DNA from: Lepidodermella squamata
Lineage: Eukaryota; Animalia; Gastrotricha
DNA: 64,000 bases
Assembly: GCA_047495785.1 (NCBI GenBank)
Contig: JBLDXI010000074.1
Location: 620,001-684,000 of the forward strand
Direction: 5' to 3'
Within the stretch, counting starts at the first letter, position 1, and every line of letters begins with the position of its first letter. The position numbers and the translations under genes are program-made. Below are positions 25,144 through 37,643 of the stretch, one piece after another. A model generated the notes under the pieces. It was given only the letters and a program-made list of their open reading frames with translations. It searched no databases and was not told the DNA's origin.

Positions 25144-27408
25144 ATGGATGATGGGGAAGATTTGCCACGTGAGGCTAAGCCGCTGCGATTATTGTCTTTC
25201 CAGGACTTAAAATACTCGAAATCGATCGAAAATTCCGACATTGAAAAGGCAAGTTAATTCACGCTAAATAGAGTGGCGAGTAAGACTGGCTTTTTCCAAT
25301 AGTTCACGCGATGCAGACCGGTCAGCCAGTTTGAGAAGCTGAATTTGATTGGCGAGGGAACGTACGGCGTAGTTTGTTCGTTGAATTTCCTGATACAAAT
25401 GACCTTCATCGTGCAAAACTGTGGTTTTATTAGATCGAGCTCGAGATACCGTCTCGAATGAAGTGGTTGCGTTGAAGTCGGTTCGTATGGACCACCAGAC
25501 TGAGGAGGGCAGTTTTCCGGTCAGCTCGCTGCGTGAAATCAACATCTTGATGAACCTGCGCCATAGAAATGTTGTTCGCTTGAAGGAAGTCGTAACTGGC
25601 CGCAAGATAAACAGGTAATAAAATGGAGAAATAAAAGTATAGGTATATTGTTAAATCCATGGCAAACTAAAGATATCAAGAGTTTTTATAGCACTGCCTT
25701 ATAATTTTATCAATCAAGGCCGAACTCCTGCCTTATAAATCGAGACCTGTCCTTTATTTTGGCCCTACTTTGATGTAGGCTTTGATTTGACGATTTAGCT
25801 GTGGTTAAACAGCCTTACTTGTTTTTCACGCCAGTTTCATCATTTATCCTCAAGAAAATTAGGACTTGACAACCTCCCTTGTATTTTGAATAGCTACCCA
25901 AGGCCCTTCCCTATTAACGAGACTGACCTCTATTCAAGTTCTGGCTTTTAATTCGGATTATACGGTAAATCATACAAATTCTAGAAAATTTGAAATAATC
26001 TTGCAGTTGAAGAATATTTTCGATATTTATTTTTCTTATCATGCCCTGGTTGTAATTGGCAAATATCAGGAATTTTTCTAACGTCATGTTGAATAGGGTC
26101 ATAAAAATGAGTTTATCAACAATTCAATCCCGAAAGAAATCCCTAGTTTCATTCGTACCTTGGGTTTTGCAACATTTATCAGCTACATTCTTTTCTATTT
26201 AGGAAATTTTTGTGAATTTCTATCAAATTTGGTAGCGAAGGTGATTCCAAGTTCAGAAAGCTGGAAATAATTGCTTACATTTTTTTTAAATTTTGTTATT
26301 CTCATCTTTTATTTTTTGCTCATCGTTAAAAAGGAAGCATCCAGCGTCCAGGTTTCGGGTGATAAAATCAGAAATGTTCCATTTTTTATGCGTACATGGC
26401 GGGTCTTTGATGACAATTTTTCTGACTCCAAACCGACAGTCAGGTTTTTGAATCATCCCTCCGAAATTGAGCTCTAAAACTTCCTTGATCAGACAAGAGC
26501 TAAAGCGATAATCTGAACGTATTAGGACCTATTTTGATGTGTTTTCGATTTCAAACATCTGATGTTGTTCGTTTATACCTTGTTTTATCTCAGCGCGATA
26601 AAGTTTGAGCGCAGCTATGAATAATTAATGCAAACTATCACTTATCTCTATTGTTTGCTTTTCACGCAGCATATTTCTCGTCATGGAATACTGCGAACAA
26701 GACCTGGCCAACCTAATCGATAACATGCCGGTGCCGTTCTCTGAATCACAAGTGAAGTGCATCATGCTCCAGTTATTCGACGGCCTCGCCTACCTCCACA
26801 AATCCTTCGTGATACACCGCGATCTCAAGGTGTCGAATCTTCTCATGACAGACAAGGGCGTGGTAAAAATCGCCGATTTTGGCCTCGCGCGTAAAATTGG
26901 CGAACCTTTCAGCGGCGCGTTGACCCCAGTTGTTGTCACCCTGTGGTACCGCGCGCCTGAGCTGCTGTTCGCATCGAAGCAGCAAACTGCCGCTGTTGAT
27001 ATGTGGGCAGCTGGGTGTATTTTGGGTGAATTACTGCTCAATAAGCCGCTGCTGGCCGGCAGGTCAGAGATTCAGCAAATCGATCTGATTGTTGAAATGA
27101 TTGGCTCGCCTAACGACGACATTTGGCCTGGTTTCACGCAGTTGCCATCGATGGCGAATGTGACGATTCGCAGCCAGCCGTACAACAACATTCGGGCGTA
27201 TTTTCCTGGCCTGTGCGAGTCGGGTATTAAACTGTTGAATTCGTTGTTTATGTACGACCCTAAACGGCGTGCGTCCGCCATTGATTGCCAGAATCATGCG
27301 TATTTCACGGAATCGCCCACGCCGTGCCCGCCTGATATGATGCCATCGTTTCCACAACACCGTTTGAAACGGCCGTCTGGTAAAGGCGGTCGGGCTTTGC
27401 CGCAATAA
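25144..27408 (+). CDS. CDK10: Cyclin-dependent kinase 10, 4 exons
   Basis: [72 protein letters not shown]. Confidence 0.93.
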
Positions 27409-28729
27409 AACGAGCTTATTTGTATATTGTAAATCAATCGTGCCTCTAATCTGAACAAGTTAACGTGGAAAATCAAAAGTTTGATAGTACCTTGATTGGG
27501 TTTCATCGAATTTTCCCGTGGAATTCTTTAATACTTAGGGAGAAGTTTTTCATGAATTCCCGACTACTAATTCGTCTACACCCGGTAGGATAGTCGGATA
27601 TGCAAAGCTCTTCTGATCTTCGAACCGAGCCCAATTAAATAAAAGGGTCATCCTTTTACCGACCTAGTTTACTGTAGCGGAACCAAATTTTTGAATATTT
27701 ATTGGGCTCGAAACCAACTCAGACTTCCAAAAATGTTATTAAAGACCATCATAGTTATAAATAAATTATGTTTATAACTTGGCGTAAATTCTGTGCAAGA
27801 CATTACGTTCGCTTTAGAAATCACACGTTGCCTCGAATTCTCAGAATTATTCGATGATCAAAATTTGGTAGTTGGGTTCTGCAAGATGCAAATATGGTTC
27901 TGCAACAGAAAATTAGGCTTTGCCGATATTTTTTGCCGCTAAAACGCCTTTTGATCTTTTTGGTAGGACAAACCGATCGGACAGCAAAGCTCTTCAAATA
28001 CAGTGGGCCGCTCGAATAGCTTCAATGGGCAAATTCTAGTTTCGCGTCCAAAATAAATAGAGCGTTCGTGTTTTCTTAGAGTAAATAGTTATACCTTGTC
28101 CTTTGTTTAAATTTTATCTGTGTAATTCAGAATTGGGTATTTTTCGAGTGCAACTTCGAACCGCTCTGGGGTTAAGTAAATAATTCAGCTGTGTAAATTT
28201 CCCTATTTAAAAAATCAAACTTACCAGACTTATTTACCTAACTTCTTTTAAGATCGAATTGAACTCCTTCATTTTTTAAGTAGAACTTGAAGTAGAAAAT
28301 CTTTGAATTCTTCATAGTTAATTGAGGCGCGCCACAAGAAAGAGGGTTTCATAGTTTCTCATGCGGCACACGTTTGGGTTGGCTACGCACTAATAAATGC
28401 AATAAGACAATAGGCTTTCGAGGCCAAATTCAATTAGAGCGTGAAAAGGGCCTTTTATCCAGGTCAAATTGTTGCCCTCATATAAACGCCCTCCATGCTT
28501 TAACGTGATATATGTTTGAAACCTTGAAGTATTTATACATTTTCATTGACTAAGTTTGTCTTTCAGAAAACGAGAATAGTTATCGGTGATATATTATAGA
28601 GTCCCTCAGTTTTCACAGAAATCTAGAGCTCCCTTTTATCCCACTTAGCTTCAATTAGGGTCATTTTCCCGTGGACTGTACTATTTAGAGCCATTTTGTG
28701 TAATTTTTGATAGGTTTATTATTTCAAAA

Positions 28730-30785
28730 ATGATTTCTAAGCTTCATCATATTGAAATTGGCGTTCGGCGTCCTGATTTGCTGATAACAAAGCTAACGAC
28801 CCAATATGGCTTCGCACCGTACGCGCACCGAGTCGCGGCCGGTCTCAACCAAATGGTACTAACCGCCGCCGGCCAAATGTTCATCATAGTCACCGAATTA
28901 TCCGACGATAAATTGGACCAGTTTTCTCGCAGTGAACTGCCCCACTTCGCGCCGGGTAGAAACGTCGATGAATTGAGGACTCGAATCAATTCAGTGTATA
29001 ATGTCGCGTTTTTGGTTGACGATATTTCCGAAGTCGCCACCCGGCTAGAGGCTGAAAAAGTTGAATTCATCCAATCGAATGTGCTAAACGATGATTTCGG
29101 TTGTGTTCGTTATTTGACGATTAAATCATGCGTAGGCGATTTGGTTCATACGCTGATTGATAGAAGCGCGTATAAGGGTCCATTTTTGCCGACTTTTTCC
29201 CTCCTTGATCTGCCGCCGTCTGCCTACCCACCCGCTAGCTTGACTGATTTGTATAGCCACATCGACCATGTTGCATTTGGGTTGGCTGAAAATCAGTCCA
29301 ACGACGTTTTGAAGTGGTACGATCGCGTTTTGGGCTTCAAGCGTATGATGACGAATTCGCAGGAGAGTAAGAAGGAGGGATATGTTGTTATGGCCGGCAA
29401 CACTGGTCTGCGGCTGAGGGCACTCGTCGCGCCCGACTGCAATCCTGGCTTTTCCATTGTCCTGGCTGAACCCGTGTTAGTTAAAGGTAATTCATATATT
29501 TTCTTACAATTTTTTAATTTAAATTTTATTGAATTTTTTGCTTGAAATGAACATTTGAATTTTGCAATTTCAATCTAGTTTTTATTAATGATATCTAATA
29601 TTGAAAGATGCAAGCTAACGCTAGATAATTTTTATTAAATTTTGCACGAAATTAATATTTTTAAATTAAACCTACTGGGAGATTCTCCCAATAAACCGAA
29701 GAAATTGCAAATTAACCGAAGAAAAAACGGAAAAAATCCGTGGTAACTGGGGTTTGTATGTTTGGTATTTTACCCGGTTGGGCCAAACTCCACATTTTTT
29801 AATTCCGTTGCCAAGTGGCATAAGTCCTTGATAACCATTTACAAGGCATTTTGAGATTTTCTAGCATTTTACCGGCCATTATTTTCCAAACTGGTTTCCA
29901 TAGATTTCCTTATGTTAATCGAAAGTTTCGGTGCTTACCAAATCTAAGGTCTAAAGGTGGCAATTTTAACAATATTTTGATGAAAGAATTTTCTGTTTAA
30001 TAATTCAAAGGTCTATTTTTAAACAAACTTTGTTTACTTTGGAATTACCTGGGGTCGCTAATAAAGCGTGTTATTATTCTTACGTAGACGAAATTTGGCT
30101 GTAAACATTGTTTACTTCAAGTTTTTTTCGTCGAGGTTTTACGTGCTGTTACTTACGTGACTTAGTCCTCTAATGAAATTTTGGCGGGCATCGATGTAGA
30201 GCAAAAAGAAAACAGTCAAAATTGTTCCCCAAAAATGTTTTATTTATTTTAATGTTTTATCAATTTCTATTAACAGGTTCCAGCGGTGCCAATAACCAAA
30301 AGCTGTTTCTTGAACATCATGGCGGCCCAGGGGTCCACCACGTTGCCCTCAATGCGACCGATATCGTGCGAACAATATCCCGTCTCGAAGAATCTGGCGT
30401 AGTTTTCGTTCCTAATCCGCCCGAAACTTATTACGAGGCCGTTCAAAGCGTCTTCGCCAACTTCAACACCCCGGTTTTCGTGCCCGAGCTGAGAGAACAC
30501 GGCATTTTGGTCGACGTCGAAAAAACTGGCCCAGCTAATCTCGCCGACTGGATGAAAATCCCGCTTTTGAGCCAACAGGAAAAATTCATCCTTCAAAAAT
30601 TCTGCCGGCCTTTGGTCGACGGATCGGGCGAAACGGTGTTTTTCGAAATTATCGAACGTAGAAACGGGGCTCAGGCGTTTGGAGCTGGCAATGTGACGGC
30701 GTTGTGGAAGGCCCTCGTGAAACAACTCGAAAAAGACCAGGAGAAACAGGAGCAACAGCAAAAAGTTGTAGCGCCGGCAAATTAA
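28730..30785 (+). CDS. HPDL: 4-hydroxyphenylpyruvate dioxygenase-like protein, 2 exons
   Basis: Fe ligands intact (IDHV, GPGVHHVAL, FEIIER). The FGAGNVTALW ending resembles HPDL more than HPD. Intron ~29488-30277. Confidence 0.78.
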
Positions 30786-31727
30786 AAAAATCGCTAAAAA
30801 ATTGTTTTAGGTTTTAAACGGTTGTGTTGATTTTCCCGTGTAAAAAATGCTGTTTTTTTCTACTGCTGGCCTGGCTCAGGAGCTGATATTCATATTATAT
30901 TGTGTAATGTAGAATTATTTAGAAATTTTTCTGGCTATTATTTCACCCAGATTTTGTGCCTTTCAACATCGCGATATTTCTCCTTCCGTCTTTGCTCACA
31001 CAAATCCTTACCAGGTACCGAATGCCGTTGCTCTTCCTGATATATATTTCGGTCTTACGTACAGGTAAATAAAACGATAGAATCTTGCAGCGAGATTATA
31101 AAAAACCGGCGAATTTGTTTGTGCATAATAATAATGTTAACAGCATTAATGTTTTTCTTGTCGATATTTCATTTTTTCGAGAAAATACCTGTAATGTACG
31201 ATCTATGAGCTTCCTTTTGCTTACACCCTCGTCTCGTTGTGCATTTTTGCAATTCTGGCGGAATAAAATGAAAAAAATTTGATGTTTGCTCTGGGGCAGC
31301 CTGTCACTGCGCGTAAAAAGAATAATTTATTAAGGAGGAAATTTTTATGCCTGGATCAATATGAACAGAATCCAGGCACGGCAACAACATTGTGTTGAAA
31401 ATGCGGTCGATATTGCCTGGTAGAATCGATCATTGGCAGCATGATTTCCAGGTCAAACGACAACAAGTCACATGCGATGATGAGTAAGAGTTTTATCGCA
31501 GGGGAATACAATGAATGGATGCAAGTCACAGTTGATAAGCGAGATCATTGGTTCGCTAGATAACACGCAGTTTAGACTTGTGCATAATAAAAACAAGAAA
31601 CCTGCTAAACAGCCTTCAAAAAAGTTCCTAAAGTCGCTCTTCAAAAGTATCAAGACGCCGATTACCAAGCGGTCTACTTTGTCTGCGATTCAATCGAAGA
31701 AATGAAAAAAGGTTTTGCTGATAACGT

Positions 31728-31900
31728 TAACTGGGGTGACTTTGACGTACCAAAAATCAAAGATTGCAAGGCAAATACCCCGCGAGTGGGGTATCGTTGG
31801 ATAGCCCAAGGAAAGGTCAGCTTAAATGTGTAAAATGCACATCAATGCAACCCATCTAAGGACATATAATCGCTGGGGAAGTTTTTGGGAAAATTTCGAA
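31728..31900. mobile_element. DNA-transposon/MITE remnant
   Basis: Pogo/Tc1-like end (CTGGGGTGACTTTGAC) and a GGGTATCGTTGGATAGC motif shared with ~42015. Confidence 0.4.
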
Positions 31901-32271
31901 ACATTTATTTTTTTATTTAAACTTTGGTGACTGCCCAACTGAAGCCGTCTGTTCAGAATTGAAATCTTATTCCATTTTCAGACTGGGACGAGACGGTTTC
32001 CCAGAGCTCGGAGGCGAGGAGCGAACAGAATGTGGAAGAACCGGCAGCAACGAACTATCGTTTCAAAGGCTGTTTAACCGGGATTCATTTAAAGCTACAA
32101 GTTACAGATTTGACCAAATTTTCATTTTTTATTGATAAATGCAGCGAATTCTTGACTGCTTCTCATCTTTATCTCTACTTTAGTAGACGAAGTAACCCTA
32201 ATGAAAATCAAGCGTACAATTCCCTTGCAGATGTGGTGAAGATTCGAAAATCGAATAAATCATATCATGAT

Positions 32272-35200
32272 TCACAAATCAGTTTCGCGGCTTGAAGCCA
32301 ACGGCGCCTTTGAATCGGCCTGAAATCGCTGCGTTTGCTCGGCAATAGTCGGCACGCGAGGTACAAAATTGGGCGGAGTCGAAAAGCTCGAACTTCTCGG
32401 ACCGCTCTGAACAAGATCCGGATCCCAGGAAACGTGCTCCTGAGCCGAAATTCGCCTAGTCTGAGCCGCCGCAGCGCCTTCCATCAGCCTTCTCGCCAAA
32501 ATTTGATGAGCCGGTTTGGCGATCGGTTTCTCCAGGCCTGGTTTAGGCAAGGCTCTCGGCGGTCTTTCTGAGCTTGAGCCCGTCGAATTCGATGAGCTAC
32601 CTCGTCTTGAACTTGGTTCAACCTCATCTTTATCCTTTTGAGCTTGCATTACAACCGCGGTTAAATCAACCGAATCCGACGTGGTTGAATGCTTCGACAC
32701 AGCGAAAGAGCCCACAGTTATCGGAATATCAGTGTAAAAACTCGGCTGGACGGATAATTGATGAATCAATTCAGCATTGCTCATGTCACCCTGGAATGTG
32801 GTTATGTGGTAGTTTTCCAGTGATTCCTGAAGTGACGTTTTTCTCGACGGTCCATGATCGGGTGACATGAACTTCGCAACCGCATCTTCGACCGTTGTAG
32901 CTAATCGGAAGGCATCACCAACGCCCATTTTTTCCATTTTAGCCGCTAGAGTCTCGCTCACATTTGCGAACATGACGTGTTTGTTGAGTTGAATAGCGGC
33001 TAGGAGAAGTCCACGAAAAGCTTGCAGGCCAGTGAAATCGATCCCAGTGACGAATTGGCAATCGATTAGGATGTATTTTTCTTTCACTTCTTCCAAAATT
33101 GTCGTTATTCGATCCGAAAATTTATCAGCACTTGGGTACCTGAACGAAGTTTTTCAAATTTCAAATTGAATTTCAAAATAGTTCAAAGATTCAAAAAATT
33201 CCCAGGTTTTCTATAAATATTTGGATTTGATTTTTTGAAAACTAACTTCATTCCATAAGGCAGGCGAACCACGGCCACTTGTCTTTTTTCTTCACTTCCT
33301 GGTAAGTGAATCGGCTTGACTTCGACAAGCATCCTCATTTTCACAATAGGTCTCAAAAAGGTTCTGCAAAATCGAATACATTTGATTGGGAAGTTTTAAA
33401 AATTCCCATGACTTACATCATGTTGACAAGTAGGCAAATGATGATCCCATAGGCTGGAAAATAACTCTAAAAATTATTGGCCTAGAACTATTGAAATCCT
33501 CACCGATGTCGTAAAATAGGCAGAGCAAGAAAGTGGCGACAAAAATGATGAAATCCTGTTTATGAGTCACCCATAGGTGCTTCAAAATAAGGAATTCGAT
33601 GAGGTTCAGAGCGGCGCATATGATGATCGCCGATAGAGCAGCTTTCGGCACGTATTGAACGATTTCTAAAAAATGTTTGTAAATATTAGACTTCGAAATG
33701 CCTACACTGTTCCGATTTGAATGAGATGATTGAAGAAAAAAATCTATTAATACTCTTGAAAATGCACAAAACTGCATACCTGTTCCCACTCCGATTACTA
33801 CCATAACAACAGTTGCGGTAATTATACTCGCCAACATTGTACGAACCCGGCAGAGGTCATTCAGCGCACTTCGAGTCACAGCGGCAGTTACCGGCACCCC
33901 TGAAATTATTTGAAAATTCAGCTCTAAAACTTGGCATCAATATTCAAATTAACCTGGCAAGAATCCTTGGAGAAAATTGGCCAGACCGATGCAGAGCAGT
34001 TCTTGAGAGGCATTAACGCGGTAACCGTTTTTCCGACCCAACGCTTTTTCAATGGCGAAAAGTTCCAAGCTGGTCATCAAGGTTATGATAACGATTCCTG
34101 GAGCCAACGCTTCAAGTAGACTGAAATACAAATTTTAGCAATGACTGAATTAACCTGAACTAAAATACTTGATATATTTTAGAGATCTAATGCCTTCGGA
34201 AAATAAATATAAATCGTAAAGATCTAAATTTTCCACGACTAAAATCTGCAAGGTTCCAATTTTCCAATTTTCCGATTTTCCGAGTTATATAGACTTCTTC
34301 CTGTGATTTGAAACTCATAATTCACAATTTCATGTATCCAATGTTGGAGCCTCAAATTCAACGCTGAACCCTACATTTCCACTTACATAAATCTGTATTT
34401 TTTTGAAAAATAAAAAATTAAATGCGTATTCCTCAAATCCCAAATTAATTAAAAATAGTTAACGAAATTCAAGAATAACTCGATTGCTGGTTTTAAAATT
34501 GCAGGTTCAGCTTTTGAATAGATGTAAGGTGCTCCATAAGGGCTCCTAAAAATAGTCGATCCCGATGAATTCGTCAAATACAGCTTTGGAATTTCCATAG
34601 GCGGAAAGCCAGCCGGTATAGCGCCAACCAGTGTGATTTTTATGTCCGGCGATGAGTCTTTGAGGAAATACGCCAGTGGAATGGCAACCGCGAATAGTAT
34701 CACATTCCGAGCGGCTGATACCATGAGGATGAACTCCATAAAAATCGAAATAGCAAGTTTCGAATTCTCCGTCATTTTCTTATCTTTCATCGACCTTTCG
34801 ACAACCAAATGTAGAACTTTCGGCAAAAACTATCAGAAGAAAATAATTAAACAATAAAAAAAATGTTTTTCTTACCTGCATAAAGAAGAGGAAAAGAATA
34901 GCGACACATCCTATTATTGCATCGTATTTCCTGGAAAATTTAAAATTTGCGAAAAATTCAGAAACAGCAAATTACAACTAACTTGATGTTATCTAAATTT
35001 TCGAAGACGAATTTTAGTTGGCGAACAATGACGCCGGGCGGTCTGTAATAGACACCTTTCAAGCCGACCAAAGTCTGAAATTCAAAAGATAATTTTTCGA
35101 ATATTATTTTCAGCAATTTGTACCGCCAATTGACTTGCTGCAATAGCGAATCCCGAGGCAGAGGTGAATCCTGATACAACAGGGACGGAAAATAGCGAGA

Positions 35201-35880
35201 CAAGAAAGCCGAGCCTTAGCGTGCCCATTATAATGAGTAGAACGCCGGCGAAAAGAGCCAAAATTGTTGAGCAAGTCGCATCGCCGGCTTCGATTAAATA
35301 ATTGGGCATAACTGAGGCAGTTAGCTGGCCAGTGAGCATAGAGGCCAACGCTGACGGTCCGATTGAAGCGTCTAATCAATCCATAAAAATTAGGGAAACA
35401 TCAGAAAAATTGCTTTCCAACCTTTTGCGGTTCCCATAACTAGAAAAAATGAAAGAACTCAGTTTTAAAATTGACGTGAAATTTATATGAAATTTACAAA
35501 AATATATAATCATTCCCATGAAGCAGCTATAAAGGCCATATTGAGGCGCTACATTGGCCAATTGAGCATAGGCGAGACTTTGAGGTACAGCTGTGAGACC
35601 AACCTAAAATTGGAAATCATAATCAAGGATTTTCTGAAAATTATCGGATTTTTTACGGTTAATCCTGCGATGATATCGTATTTAAGATCGCGTTTAACGT
35701 CGTATTTAGGCAGCCATGTGATGACTGGAAACAGCCTGAGGAATACATTTTTCCACCTGATTGAGCTGAATTTCGACTTGATGCCTCTGTTTAGTAATGA
35801 TGGAACAGAAATTGATAGGAAATTCGAAAATTAACAAGAATGCAAGCCGAAATAACTTACCCACAGCATCCATCAGCCAT
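32272..35880 (-). CDS. SLC26A11-like anion transporter with STAS domain, copy A
   Basis: DIIAGLTVGLTAVPQSLAYAQLA, PQYGLYSCF, PVVSGFTSA, SQELLCIG, STAS IDFTGLQ; C-terminus SSRETDL. Confidence 0.9.
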
Positions 35881-36938
35881 GATGTAGGACTACGGCTCTT
35901 TTCTAATGATAAAGGTAGGGCTGTATGATTATTTTGCTAGAATTCAAAATTAGGGTGGTTTCAGCGCAAGAAAATATAGAAATTGCTTGGAAATCTCAAC
36001 TAAAATTCCGAAATAGTATCATATCTAACGTCCCATCGACCTCTTATCACCTTAAATCCCTTCCTAATATTTTAAAGGGTACCTATTCGAAAAATTGAAT
36101 AAATTGAATATCGCATTGGCAATTCGATGGGAAATAATAGTGGAGGCTAGAAATAATTCTCCTGCCTTCCCAGCTAACAACATCTATTGAACTAGTTATA
36201 TTACTACAACAGGACGACAATAACAAAGGACTCAGAAAAATTGGCTAACGAATACTGGGATAATGCTTCATTTTCCGTGGAAAATAATATCCTGCGAAAG
36301 TAATTACGTTTATTTTTCGTGGTGTGATCTCGGCTCTGGAACCTGCTGTATTATGGTGTTGAGGTGTACGCCGGTTATAGTTGAGGCGAGGCAGGTTTAA
36401 CTGCCCTGTGTCGCACGCCTCCTTGTAAATAATACCGCTCTCGTGCAAAACCCGCCTGTTGGCATGAAATATACCAATGCCGCGGTTATAAAGTTGTTAC
36501 AACACACAACAAAGCGGGCGAGATATATATATATAAGGTATCTGCGCCGTCGTCGTATACGCTAAAAAAAGTGTAGCGCACCGCCGGCGCGCGTGTACCC
36601 GAGCGCACTGGTAAATTTGTCAACACCACATAGCGTAAAACTGGTAAATGGCCTTAAAAAAATTTGGTAATAACGACACTATATAAATAATATTTAGTTT
36701 CCGTTTTCCTAGAATCTTAATCGATTTAGAAAAATTATTCTTTTTTCGCTCTCATTACAGATTAATTTCAATCAGCGAAAATTTGAAGGTTGGCTGATAA
36801 TTTATTAAAATTAAACTGTATTCTAATATTAAATCGAACTAGCACTTGCACTTACATAACAATTAAAATAAATACTGTAGCCTTTTTCGAATTTTTCCAA
36901 ATTTTTATGCATTCAAATTCGGTTTGAAGTTGACTCTA

Positions 36939-37118
36939 CAGGGTGGCCAATAAATTCCTCAGAGCGGGAATTCGCTGCGCATCATTTTAATGAGGAGTTT
37001 TAAGAAATTGAGGAGTTCCATTGGCAAAAGAATGCTTGAAATTCTTCAACTTCTTAAAACTCCTCATTAAATTGATGCGCAGCGAATTCCCGCTCTGCGG
37101 AATTTATTGGCCACCCTG
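36939..37118. mobile_element. 180-bp Tc1/mariner-type MITE, near-complete palindrome with TA target-site duplication
   Basis: TA|CAGGGTGGCCAATAAATTCC...GGAATTTATTGGCCACCCTG|TA; ~75-bp arms with few mismatches. Confidence 0.92.
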
Positions 37119-37643
37119 TATTGCAAAAATTAAAAGTTCACTGATATCTGGTATAAGAACTATTTTCCTCTAGCAGCGTTCCAAACAATTCCCGGGAAGT
37201 ATAGCTTTGACAATCTCTCGACCTTCGGCATTTGGAAAAAAGCAGTAAAATACCCAGTAATTCAAATGAATTTATTGATCAAATAAAAGAAGACACGTCA
37301 TTAAATTTCTCTCATTTTTTGATTCTAGAAATCGACGAGGCAAAAATAGTTATGTAATTTCATCTGATTGCTAAAAGCCATGCTTAAAACCATCAAAACA
37401 CAAGAGTGAAATTCGAACGATAATGAGCTTCATAATTCACACAATAAGGCCGATTTTACCGGCCAACTACATAGCCTAAAATAGAAACATAAACGATTCG
37501 ATACATTATATTTAAAATAAATTTAGAATTTATGAAATACGAGCAATTGTACAAAAAATAGCTTCTGTGCATTTGATGTTGAAAGTGGGCAGATTTTGAA
37601 AATCGATCTAAAAAGTGAGGTAAAATTGTAAACAGAAAATTTC

